Positions 7,914 to 15,358 are shown, counted from the first letter of the stretch. The stretch is 19,695 bases of DNA from a virus (IMGVR_UViG_2700989272_000006:1-19695); one strand, 5' to 3'. Numbers and translations: made by a program. The notes: generated by a model not told the origin, from the letters alone.

Positions 7914-8236
7914 ACTTTCAGGCCCCTCTCATGTAACCAGTGGGCTGCACGCAACCTGGCGTTCTCCTCACCGGCAAGCAGTGCGCGGATGATACCGACC
8001 GCCTCGCTGTCGTCGTCCTTCACCGCGGTATGAAGCGTGATGCCCCGGGCCACGCCACGCTTTATCGTGATGACGCCTTTTTTCTCCAGTGCGCGAAGAT
8101 GCTCCACCGCTGCATTCACTGAACGGTATCCCAGCATGGTTGCCACCTCCTGATTGGTTGGCGGGAAGCCACGTTCTTTCTGATAAGAAATCAGCATATC
8201 CAGCACCTGCTGCTGGCATTGAGTTAACGTCGTCAT
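7910..8236 (-). CDS. LexA DNA-binding-domain-only protein (winged helix, no S24 peptidase domain)
   Basis: MTTLTQCQQQVLDMLISYQKERGFPPTNQEVATMLGYRSVNAAVEHLRALEKKGVITIKRGVARGITL is collinear with the LexA N-terminal domain (LTxRQxEV ... GxPPT ... EHLKALxxKGxI); only 108 aa, so the catalytic domain is absent. Confidence 0.75.
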   Translation of the reverse strand: MTTLTQCQQQVLDMLISYQKERGFPPTNQEVATMLGYRSVNAAVEHLRALEKKGVITIKRGVARGITLHTAVKDDDSEAVGIIRALLAGEENARLRAAHWLHERGLKV

Positions 8237-8886
8237 GCCGCCATCTCCCTGACCAGTTTTTCTGCCTGCTGGCGAACCTGCGCCAGAAAGGCCTCACCAC
8301 ATGCCTCAAGTTCATCGCGCCCGATGTAGCTGATTGCCGGTCCCTTCCAGGTCTTGTCGAAAACAGCAATAGCACCAGCGAAGAAAGCGCCTGTCGGCAC
8401 CTGCTTCTCATCCTTCGGGATAAACCAGGCAGGCAGTTCAAAACCAATACGCCCGCGAATAAAAGCAATATGATCTGCATCTTCCGGCCACCACACTTCG
8501 CTGGTGGCAGCTTTGATCAGGAAAACATAGCGCCCGCCTTTATCACGCATGGCACTGGCATGCTTCATGATGTAACGCATGCCGGTGATGTATTGCCCCT
8601 CATGCTGACTGGCGCGGCTGTATGGGGGATTACCAAAGGCAGCACCTTTAAGCTCCGCAAGGCGTTCTGACCAGTCATGCGCCAGCGCGTTGTCTTCCGC
8701 CGTGTAATACGCAGCACATTTGGCGTTATCACCGTCAGTGAACAGATCCAGAACAAACGGGCCAAACAGGGTGTTAATTCCCCAGAAAATGTTGTCCGGC
8801 GTGCGCCACTGATCGCCCACTTCCTTCAGTTCATGGGCTGGTTTGTTCCGCAGTTCCGCCAGCGCCTGGCAATATTTATTACTCAT
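8233..8886 (-). CDS. Phage Dam-type DNA N6-adenine methyltransferase
   Basis: NPPY catalytic motif (FGNPPYS) in a phage N-6-adenine-MTase-like context; ATG at 8886 in a TAATG overlap with the upstream gene; ATGA overlap with the downstream gene. Confidence 0.8.
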   Translation of the reverse strand: MSNKYCQALAELRNKPAHELKEVGDQWRTPDNIFWGINTLFGPFVLDLFTDGDNAKCAAYYTAEDNALAHDWSERLAELKGAAFGNPPYSRASQHEGQYITGMRYIMKHASAMRDKGGRYVFLIKAATSEVWWPEDADHIAFIRGRIGFELPAWFIPKDEKQVPTGAFFAGAIAVFDKTWKGPAISYIGRDELEACGEAFLAQVRQQAEKLVREMAA

Positions 8887-9380
8887 TAAGCCCCCACGTA
8901 ATTCCCTGAGAGATACCACTCTTCACCTGATGCAGCCCGCTTACTGCTTTTCCGTAAACACCGTTCACGACGCGCCAGAAAATTGTTTCGTTCTGGCTGG
9001 GAGTGGCTTTCACGGAATGCCGCCATCCACACCGTTGCAGCACGACGGTATAAGCCCCTCGACTCCAGTTCTTCAGCCTGGCGGGTCAGGCACAAAATCA
9101 CCCGGGGGTCGTTAGTGCCGACATAGAACTTGCGCACAGGTCTGGTTTCACGAACTGGTTGTGGTTCCGGCTCCTGCGCTCTCTCAGTCAGGCGCGAGAA
9201 ATGTCTGCGTGTATCTCCTTCACAACGGTGAGCCACACGCCCACTCTGACGTAACTTGCTTGCTGACTGCAGAACGCGCTGCCGTGAGTAACCTGCAAAA
9301 GCATCCGCAATGTCTCCGGAAGTACAGCCCGGATGGGCTTCAATGAATTTCTGAACTTCATTCAAAATACTCATGCTCAC
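8886..9380 (-). CDS. wHTH-PerC-like protein (C-terminal PerC-family motif)
   Basis: C-terminal segment AEELESRGLYRRAATVWMAAF...ARRERCLR resembles the PerC/Pch signature (LExxGLWRRAAxRW) as I remember it; N-terminal 90 aa look like a winged helix. Start GTG 9380 (GTGA overlap with O-like stop) or ATG 9374. Confidence 0.45.
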   Translation of the reverse strand: MSMSILNEVQKFIEAHPGCTSGDIADAFAGYSRQRVLQSASKLRQSGRVAHRCEGDTRRHFSRLTERAQEPEPQPVRETRPVRKFYVGTNDPRVILCLTRQAEELESRGLYRRAATVWMAAFRESHSQPERNNFLARRERCLRKSSKRAASGEEWYLSGNYVGA

Positions 9381-10369
9381 CCCCTGAATCCTGCCGGGAT
9401 CTGGCTGTAGTCCACGTTGTCGTAACTGGATTTGAAATATGGGTCTTCGCGTTTTTCTGTGTATGTGCTGACGGACGGCGATAAGCGCAGGGAAAGCTCA
9501 TCCCATTTTTCCCGCAGCTTCGACGGGCTGAGCACGTTACGGCACCAGAACGGATCGCGGCTGACGCGGCTGTACATCTCGCAGATTTGTTTGTGAGTAC
9601 GACCATCCTGCACACACATCAGGCGAATTTCGTTTGCCCAGGCTGTCCAGTTCGGTTCTTTGGGACGAACCACCTCGCCGTCACATTCGGCGGCCTGCTC
9701 GTACAGGGCGATGATTTTTTTCCAGAGCCACTGTGCGCAGGTCAAATCATCCTGCGTTCCCCACTGGCGCTTTTTAGGGCTGAATACAACCGCATCAGGA
9801 TGGCGAGTTAAAAACTCCTGTTCAGCCGTTTGCGTGTCCGGTTGCGAAGCGTCCGGACGAGAAGAGGTTTTATTCTCTGTAGTAATCTCTGTTGTATTCT
9901 CTGTAAGATCATTGGGCCATTTTGACCCGATGACAGCGTGTCGTTTTGAACCAATGGATCGTGTCATTTTGCGCCCATCCATCAGGTCACTTTGACCCGA
10001 TGGAGAAGTGCATTTTGACCTGATGGATTCGTTCACTTTGACCTCTTCTAAAAGCTCACTTTCATAGTTGATCGTGTAGAAGTTGGTCATGTCACGCTTC
10101 GATTTATTGAGTTGCTCGCGACGCAAAACCCCAAGTGATTTCAGGCTTGCAAATGTGCGTTTCAGAGTGGACTCTGACCAGAACGGAAACTGCTCCAGCC
10201 ACTGTTCTGTCGTGTTATAAACCCAGCGAATTCCGCCATGCTCAGTGCCTGAATTCGTTTCATTCAGCCAGTAATGAAGCTGCTGCAACACAATTGCCTC
10301 ATTCAGACCAATACGGCATGCAAGATCACGATTTATCACAATGGGCTGGGATGTCATTAACAGGCTCAT
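9377..10369 (-). CDS. Replication initiator (lambda O-like; iteron-containing gene)
   Basis: 330-aa ORF containing an internal array of six direct repeats plus 12-bp repeats encoding a Thr/Glu/Asn-rich linker (TENTTEITTENKT), the hallmark of lambdoid O genes that carry ori; N-terminal domain is HTH-like. The C-terminal domain family is not confidently assigned. Confidence 0.7.
   Translation of the reverse strand: MSLLMTSQPIVINRDLACRIGLNEAIVLQQLHYWLNETNSGTEHGGIRWVYNTTEQWLEQFPFWSESTLKRTFASLKSLGVLRREQLNKSKRDMTNFYTINYESELLEEVKVNESIRSKCTSPSGQSDLMDGRKMTRSIGSKRHAVIGSKWPNDLTENTTEITTENKTSSRPDASQPDTQTAEQEFLTRHPDAVVFSPKKRQWGTQDDLTCAQWLWKKIIALYEQAAECDGEVVRPKEPNWTAWANEIRLMCVQDGRTHKQICEMYSRVSRDPFWCRNVLSPSKLREKWDELSLRLSPSVSTYTEKREDPYFKSSYDNVDYSQIPAGFRG
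9872..9907. repeat. Three tandem 12-bp repeats (TCTCTGT core) flanking the iteron array
   Basis: ctctgt cores at 9875, 9887 and 9899; adjacent to the iterons, analogous to the repeat/AT-rich region next to lambda ori; encodes the TEN/TEI/TEN linker. Confidence 0.55.
9918..10045. repeat. Origin-like iteron array: six direct repeats (consensus approx CAYTTTGACCYGATGG) at 23-bp spacing
   Basis: Repeat starts at 9918, 9941, 9965, 9988, 10011, 10034 (cattttgacccgatg / tcgttttgaaccaatgg / cattttgcgcccatcc / cactttgacccgatgg / cattttgacctgatgg / cactttgacctc), all inside the O-like gene. Confidence 0.75.
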
Positions 10370-10590
10370 GCCGCACCTCCGAGATGCTTCATGTTTTTTC
10401 CGGAGCGAAAGGCTATAAGCGGCATACTGACGCGGTAATTACGGCCCAGCGGTTCACAAATCACCTTCTGACATTCACGGTCAACCAGGCTAACACGTAG
10501 AACATGCCCTGCAGGCGTGGTGTACCACTGACCGGGGCGAGGACAACGGAAAGTCTGATTGGTAAATCGTTTGAAAATATTCCGGATCAT
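10366..10590 (-). CDS. Hypothetical protein (74 aa), translationally coupled within the replication operon
   Basis: ATG at 10590 overlaps the Rha-gene TGA stop (ATGA), and its own stop overlaps the O-like ATG (ATGA); no recognisable domain. Confidence 0.5.
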   Translation of the reverse strand: MIRNIFKRFTNQTFRCPRPGQWYTTPAGHVLRVSLVDRECQKVICEPLGRNYRVSMPLIAFRSGKNMKHLGGAA

Positions 10591-11735
10591 TTGCGCCCCC
10601 TTACCTCTGAAGAGTTCAGCGACGAATGAATAAGACGGGCAAGAAATGCCGCATCGTTAATTCGGTCATACAGACTTACAGCCAGAGGTGATTCAGCTTT
10701 TTCCAGCATGGGATAAAGCTGCTGCAACCAGACCTGATGAATTGATGAAATGTAGGAATAGAGAACGCTGGCGTTATGTGCAACGTCGCTCGGTACAGCG
10801 GGCTTTGAAAGCTGTTTCTCCATCTGGTTAAAGGCATTGATGTATGCCTCTTTGAACTGGGCAGCACGTTTACCCGTGAAACCCATAGCAAGAAACGCAA
10901 AGCCGTCGCGGGTTATTTGATAGCAAGGTAGTTTGCGGCCTGTGCAATCGGTGTAATCACTCACCGAAAAATTGCGGGCAGTGAATGATGCGGAACATTC
11001 AAGCGTGCGGATCTTTTTCAGTACATCGTCATGACGTTTGGAGAAGAAGTTGGCAACAGCCAGGGATGAAGTAACAGCCTGACCATCAACGATGGCAATT
11101 TCAGGTTGAGTGAGGGTTGGGATCGTAGCCATGATGGCAGTCTCCGATAACAGTGAATTACCTTCACCACCGGAAACGCCAATTTCGCTGGTGGTGAACT
11201 GAACGGGGTTGGCGTAACCGGCGTTATCGGAAACCGGCGCACCTTTCGGTGCCCCCGTCCAGCCCACCATAATTTGGGTGTGCACAGACGCAGACGATAA
11301 AAAAGACGCTGGCGCGTCATATATCGCCGATAACATTTCCAGGACGCCAATCCCGACACCCGCTTTATAAGGTGCCTGAACAGTGTAACGTCCCGGAATG
11401 GCAGAATCAATGTGCTGGTGGTCCTTCACACTCAACAAAATCACGCCTGAATTTCCACAAAGGACTAAAGCACTCATGCGGGTAGTCTTTGCGAAGATAG
11501 ATAACGCGCTGTGTTTCTGGCTCCCAACGAATAACATGGACATAAAGCCCTCTTCCGTCACGAAACCAGCGGTTAAGTTCCTGCACAACTCGCCCCCCAC
11601 AGTCAGGTAAAGTTCTCTGTGGTTACTTACAGCCAGGTGATTTGGTAATCTGCATTCATGCCGTAACAACAGGTGTTCAGCGACGCTGACCACCAGCTGT
11701 TGCGACAAACGGTTATTTGCCGTTAAACTGTTCAT
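10587..11735 (-). CDS. Rha-domain phage regulatory protein with about 200-aa N-terminal extension of unknown function
   Basis: Residues about 205-300 (VTSSLAVANFFSKRHDDVLKKIRTLECS...YQITRDGFAFLAMGFTGKRAAQFKEAYINAF) match the Rha/ORF6-type pattern; ATG at 11735 with GGAGAAA SD and ATGA overlap with the upstream stop support the long form. The N-terminal half has atypical composition. Confidence 0.6.
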   Translation of the reverse strand: MNSLTANNRLSQQLVVSVAEHLLLRHECRLPNHLAVSNHRELYLTVGGELCRNLTAGFVTEEGFMSMLFVGSQKHSALSIFAKTTRMSALVLCGNSGVILLSVKDHQHIDSAIPGRYTVQAPYKAGVGIGVLEMLSAIYDAPASFLSSASVHTQIMVGWTGAPKGAPVSDNAGYANPVQFTTSEIGVSGGEGNSLLSETAIMATIPTLTQPEIAIVDGQAVTSSLAVANFFSKRHDDVLKKIRTLECSASFTARNFSVSDYTDCTGRKLPCYQITRDGFAFLAMGFTGKRAAQFKEAYINAFNQMEKQLSKPAVPSDVAHNASVLYSYISSIHQVWLQQLYPMLEKAESPLAVSLYDRINDAAFLARLIHSSLNSSEVRGRK

Positions 11736-12295
11736 GCGTTAGTTTCTCCACAGACACAAAACGCCACGACGCCCGGAGCTGCACACTCGCGGGCGTCACT
11801 CTTTTCTGGAGCGCAAAAGATTTTGTAGACCAGTGCTGCATGCTCCTGGAGCTTCGAAATTGACAGATACAACTCATCATTAATTGCTGTCTGCTCGTGT
11901 GGCTCCACTACCCCATCTTCGATTGCCGAACGAATCTGCTTTGAGTAACTCCCGATCTGTTCGATGACTTCCAGCAGGCGCTGGTTTATATCGGCGTTCT
12001 CTACTTCCTCAAGTTCAGGAAGCGATACAAACACCCCACCAGCAGACTGTGCGACAGCATCCGCAATGTAGTGAGTGCCAGCCGCGCGCTGTAAAATCAT
12101 TGCCCATCCCAGCGGGAAAATCTGATCGCCATCTGCACGAAGGCGGTTGAATAAAGCGTTCTCTGTTACATCCAGCCACTCAGCAGCTTCAGCGTAACCT
12201 CCCGGCAACGCCGCGATAGTTTTTCTGACAGCTTTCACGTACCACTCAGGCTGTTTTTCTACTTTCCAGTGATGCTTACCCACGGTTAGCCTCAT
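11732..12295 (-). CDS. Early regulatory protein in cII position (cII/YdaT-like), function unverified
   Basis: 187-aa ORF directly downstream of cro-like gene; HTH-like segment (GYAEAAEWLDVTENALFNRLR); assignment is positional. Confidence 0.45.
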   Translation of the reverse strand: MRLTVGKHHWKVEKQPEWYVKAVRKTIAALPGGYAEAAEWLDVTENALFNRLRADGDQIFPLGWAMILQRAAGTHYIADAVAQSAGGVFVSLPELEEVENADINQRLLEVIEQIGSYSKQIRSAIEDGVVEPHEQTAINDELYLSISKLQEHAALVYKIFCAPEKSDARECAAPGVVAFCVCGETNA

Positions 12296-12326
12296 CGTTC
12301 TGTGGTTAAAAATTGAAGGTGTTCTG

Positions 12327-12527
12327 TTAATCTTTCGGATAGATATCCGGTCTTAAGTCAGATTTCGTAATTGCACCTGACGTGCATTGCTCAAGTTTTT
12401 TAGCCAGCACAAAACTGGCTTTTTTATAACCATTGAAAACCAGCCGTAAGTAGCCTGGTGTTGAGCCAACTTTTCCGGCCAACTCGCCCTGCTGTTCTTT
12501 GGTTAAAGAGTCCCAATACGCTTTCAT
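12327..12527 (-). CDS. cro: Cro-like repressor (66 aa)
   Basis: C-terminal part of ORF 12327..12830 (MKAYWDSLTKEQQGELAGKVGSTPGYLRLVFNGYKKASFVLAKKLEQCTSGAITKSDLRPDIYPKD) resembles Cro/YdaS-type HTH; internal ATG at 12527 has a GGAGG SD and lies just downstream of the PR-like promoter. The upstream part of the ORF overlaps cI antisense and is considered non-coding. Confidence 0.65.
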   Translation of the reverse strand: MKAYWDSLTKEQQGELAGKVGSTPGYLRLVFNGYKKASFVLAKKLEQCTSGAITKSDLRPDIYPKD

Positions 12528-12617
12528 ACAATATGTACCTCCGATATACATATTACATGATTGAGATGAACCTTCAAGATACTTGTACCCTATCGGTACA
12601 AAGGTTTTAATTTCGTT
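12528..12617. promoter_or_regulatory. OR-like divergent control region: two 19-bp palindromic operators (12533-12551 ATGTACCtccgaTATACAT; 12583-12601 TTGTACCctatcGGTACAA) and PR-like promoter (minus; -35 TTGAAG 12572-12577, -10 TAATAT 12550-12555)
   Basis: Perfect or near-perfect 7-5-7 palindromes sharing the half-site (A/T)TGTA(C/T)C, positioned between divergent cI-like and cro-like genes; the -10 overlaps operator 1. Confidence 0.65.
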
Positions 12618-13292
12618 ATGAAAACAGTCCATGACATCCGGCGGTCTAACGCCAGAAAACTGAGAGATGGTGTTGGCGGGAATTCTTCCTTTGCCACCAT
12701 GATTGATCGCGAGCCAACCCAGACCAGCAGGTTTATGGGAGATGGTGCTACTAAAAATATCGGTGACAGCATGGCACGGCACATCGAAAAATGTTTCGAC
12801 CTGCCTGTCGGATGGCTTGATCAAGAACACCAGACAACAAACATCACAAAAAAACCTGATGTTTCAATTACTAACAAACAAATAACGTTAGTCCCTGTCA
12901 TATCATGGGTACAGGCCGGAGCATGGAAAGAAGTTGGCTATTCTGAGGTTGATTTGAGCACAGCAGAAACTTATCCCTGCCCTGTACCCTGTGGCGAAAT
13001 GACTTATATCTTGCGGGTGATTGGTGATTCAATGATTGATGAGTACCGCCCGGGAGACATGATTTTTGTTGATCCTGAAGTCCCTGCCTGCCACGGTGAC
13101 GACGTTATTGCATTGATGCACGATACAGGCGAAACCACCTTCAAGCGGTTGATAGAAGATGGAACACAGCGTTACCTCAAAGCATTAAACCCAAACTGGC
13201 CTGAACCTTACATTAAGATCAACGGTAATTGCTCTATAATTGGTACAGTGATTTTCTCAGGAAAACCAAGAAGATACAAAATAAAGGCCTAA
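12618..13292 (+). CDS. cI: CI-like prophage repressor with C-terminal S24 (LexA-like) autopeptidase domain
   Basis: C-terminal domain with Ser/Lys dyad context (VIGDSM ... TFKRL) and Ala-Gly cleavage-site-like motif (VISWVQAGAW); N-terminal 70 aa HTH-like; divergent from cro with operators between. An in-frame TGA at 12567-12569 rules out an upstream extension. Confidence 0.85.
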   Translation: MKTVHDIRRSNARKLRDGVGGNSSFATMIDREPTQTSRFMGDGATKNIGDSMARHIEKCFDLPVGWLDQEHQTTNITKKPDVSITNKQITLVPVISWVQAGAWKEVGYSEVDLSTAETYPCPVPCGEMTYILRVIGDSMIDEYRPGDMIFVDPEVPACHGDDVIALMHDTGETTFKRLIEDGTQRYLKALNPNWPEPYIKINGNCSIIGTVIFSGKPRRYKIKA

Positions 13293-13304
13293 TCAATATT
13301 TATA

Positions 13305-13328
13305 ACCTGCTTCGGCAGGTTTTTTTAT
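13305..13328 (+). terminator. Intrinsic terminator after cI (acctgc-ttcg-gcaggt + TTTTTTAT)
   Basis: 6-bp GC-rich stem, GNRA-like tetraloop, 6-T run immediately downstream of cI stop (13290-13292). Confidence 0.7.
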
Positions 13329-13330
13329 AC

Positions 13331-13375
13331 TTGACAATGTACCCTTGAGATACATAATGTATCTAAAAGAAACAT
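13331..13375 (+). promoter_or_regulatory. pL-like promoter (-35 TTGACA 13331-13336, 16-bp spacer, -10 CATAAT 13353-13358) overlapped by two operator palindromes (13337-13355 ATGTACCcttgaGATACAT; 13357-13375 ATGTATCtaaaaGAAACAT)
   Basis: Consensus -35 and near-consensus -10 with proper spacing; operators share the half-site found in OR and sit in the spacer and over the -10, as expected for repressor control of an early-left promoter. Confidence 0.7.
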
Positions 13376-13978
13376 AACACAGGCAAGATTAAACTAAATT
13401 TGGTTGTAACACGGCGTATGGCACATGCGTCGTTAGCGGTCTGGGGACGTTAAAGGGGACAATCCACTCCTTGCTCGAGCAAACAAACCAGGTAGCCGGA
13501 ATGTGCAAGTCAATGATGATGCTGATAAGACGCCTAACCAGCGTGGCGATTCGGTTTGACGCCTGGGAAGAGACCAGGGTGCAACGATGAGGGCATTTAT
13601 GGAACCGCGACAAAGTGTGGTGCCGTAACTGGCTAAGTGCTCTCAGCGTTGTGGTGAATGCGCAGGCTGATGCGCGAAAGACATTGCAGCTATTGCGGAA
13701 AAGAGCTGTTCGGCGGGGCAATTAAACGCCCGTGAGAGTCTGAAATAACCGCAAGCCGGAGATCAGCACCGGTCACCACAACAGCCACTGCTTTGGCGGT
13801 ACCAGTTTGTACACTTGCTTCCGGCTGGTACCGCTCTTTTTACAAAACAGAGAAGAGCATCACCGGACGACGGGCTCATAACCCAATCCATCCGGGCGGC
13901 TGCCACCGCAGGTGTTCTTCTCTGTTTTGTGGAGAAACTAACCGACCTTGCAGGGTCGATATGATGAGGAGCAGCAAA

Positions 13979-14341
13979 ATGGCTAGCGAACGCAGTACTG
14001 ATGTGCAGGCATTTATCGGGGAGCTGGACGGCGGCGTATTTGAAACCAAAATCGGCGCAGTTCTCAGTGAAGTCGCTTCCGGTGTGATGAACACGAAAAC
14101 CAAAGGTAAGGTCTCGCTCAACCTGGAAATCGAACCATTTGATGAGAACCGTGTGAAAATCAAACACAAACTCTCATATGTTCGCCCGACTAACCGCGGG
14201 AAAATTTCCGAAGAAGACACCACCGAAACACCGATGTATGTCAATCGCGGTGGTCGCCTGACTATTCTGCAGGAAGACCAGGGACAATTACTGACTCTTG
14301 CCGGTGAACCTGACGGAAAACTACGCGCAGCAGGTCATTAA
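13979..14341 (+). CDS. Hypothetical early-left protein (120 aa; YfdP-like by size and position, unverified)
   Basis: ATG at 13979 with GAGGAG SD 7 nt upstream; the longer ORF-track form (from 13793) lacks an SD and is probably leader. Confidence 0.55.
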   Translation: MASERSTDVQAFIGELDGGVFETKIGAVLSEVASGVMNTKTKGKVSLNLEIEPFDENRVKIKHKLSYVRPTNRGKISEEDTTETPMYVNRGGRLTILQEDQGQLLTLAGEPDGKLRAAGH

Positions 14342-14406
14342 TATCGTTCTTAATTAACTGATTATTTATCTCATCACTGAATATCTTTATATAGTGAGGA
14401 CTGATT

Positions 14407-15231
14407 ATGTCTCATAACTTAGACGCAACCGCAATTAATCAAATCCATGCCCTTATTTCTGCTCAGGGTGTTAATGAAATCATCAGTAAGATTGGTGCCG
14501 ATGCTGTGGCATTGCCTGAGAATTTCCGCATTCATGATCTGGAAAAATTTAATTTAAATCGTTTCCGTTTCCGTGGTGCGCTTTCCACTGCCAGCATCGA
14601 TGACTTTACCCGTTATTCTAAAGATCTTGCAGATGAAGGCACCCGCTGCTTTATCGATGCCGATAATATGCGTGCCGTCAGTGTGCTTAACCTGGGTACT
14701 ATTGATGAGCCAGGTCACGCAGATAACACTGCCACTCTCAAACTGAAAAAGACAGCACCGTTCTCTGCTCTGTTGTCTGTTAATGGCGAGCGTAACTCCC
14801 AGAAGTCACTGGCAGAATGGATTGAAGACTGGGCCGACTACCTTGTGGGCTTTGATGCTAATGGTGACACCATTCAGGCAACCAAAGCGGCTGCGGCGAT
14901 CCGTAAAATCACAATTGAAGCGAACCAGACCGCTGATTTTGAAGATAATGACTTCAGCGGCAAACGCTCCCTGATGGAGTCTGTCGAAGCGAAGACCAAA
15001 GACATTATGCCAGTGGCATTTGAATTTAAATGCGTTCCGTTTGAAGGCCTGAAAGAACGTCCATTTAAATTACGCCTCAGCATTATCACTGGCGATCGTC
15101 CTGTACTGGTTCTGCGCATTATTCAGCTGGAAGCGGTGCAGGAAGAAATGGCTAACGAATTTCGTGATCTGCTTGTTGAGAAATTCAAAGACAGCAAAGT
15201 AGAAACCTTTATTGGTACTTTCACCGCCTGA
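14407..15231 (+). CDS. Hypothetical protein, DUF2303-like (YfdQ-like), 274 aa
   Basis: ATG at 14407 with GAGGA SD; size and operon context match the CPS-53 yfdQ-type gene as I recall it; no catalytic motif identified. Confidence 0.6.
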   Translation: MSHNLDATAINQIHALISAQGVNEIISKIGADAVALPENFRIHDLEKFNLNRFRFRGALSTASIDDFTRYSKDLADEGTRCFIDADNMRAVSVLNLGTIDEPGHADNTATLKLKKTAPFSALLSVNGERNSQKSLAEWIEDWADYLVGFDANGDTIQATKAAAAIRKITIEANQTADFEDNDFSGKRSLMESVEAKTKDIMPVAFEFKCVPFEGLKERPFKLRLSIITGDRPVLVLRIIQLEAVQEEMANEFRDLLVEKFKDSKVETFIGTFTA

Positions 15232-15358
15232 TTTCATTACTGCAAATGCCCCTGCGGGGGCATTTATGGAAACGTAATTAACTCAATAATCACCGAATGG
15301 TGAGGGCTTCCTTTTACCAGAATTCAGCGCGGTGCAGTGCATATACGTGGAGAACAAA

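Noticed and set aside
7684-8670. Long antisense ORFs (7968..8480 minus, 8089..8670 plus, 7684..7992 plus, 7742..7936 plus) across the RusA, LexA-DBD and Dam genes
   Set aside because: Arg/Ser/Gly-rich low-complexity translations typical of out-of-frame reads of GC-rich coding sequence; the in-frame genes have recognisable motifs and coupled starts.
9872-10045. Regularly spaced direct repeats that could be taken for a CRISPR array or minisatellite
   Set aside because: Repeats are 15-17 bp at 23-bp spacing with spacers too short for CRISPR, lie inside the replication initiator reading frame and have no cas genes nearby; they are interpreted as origin iterons.
11018-11610. ORFs 11018..11410 (minus, other frame) and 11398..11610 (plus) inside the Rha-domain gene
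   Set aside because: Embedded in alternative frames of a gene supported by coupling and a C-terminal Rha motif; no independent start signals.
12528-12830. 5' two-thirds of minus-strand ORF 12327..12830 (167 aa) as a long cro-like protein
   Set aside because: This part overlaps the cI start and the operator/promoter region antisense; only the last 66 codons (from ATG 12527, with GGAGG SD) look like a Cro/YdaS-type HTH protein.
13389-14244. Minus-strand ORFs 13389..13721, 13763..14167 and 13876..14244 in and around the pL leader
   Set aside because: Antisense to the early-left operon and overlapping the SD-led 13979..14341 gene; no SD; composition consistent with chance frames in GC-rich DNA.
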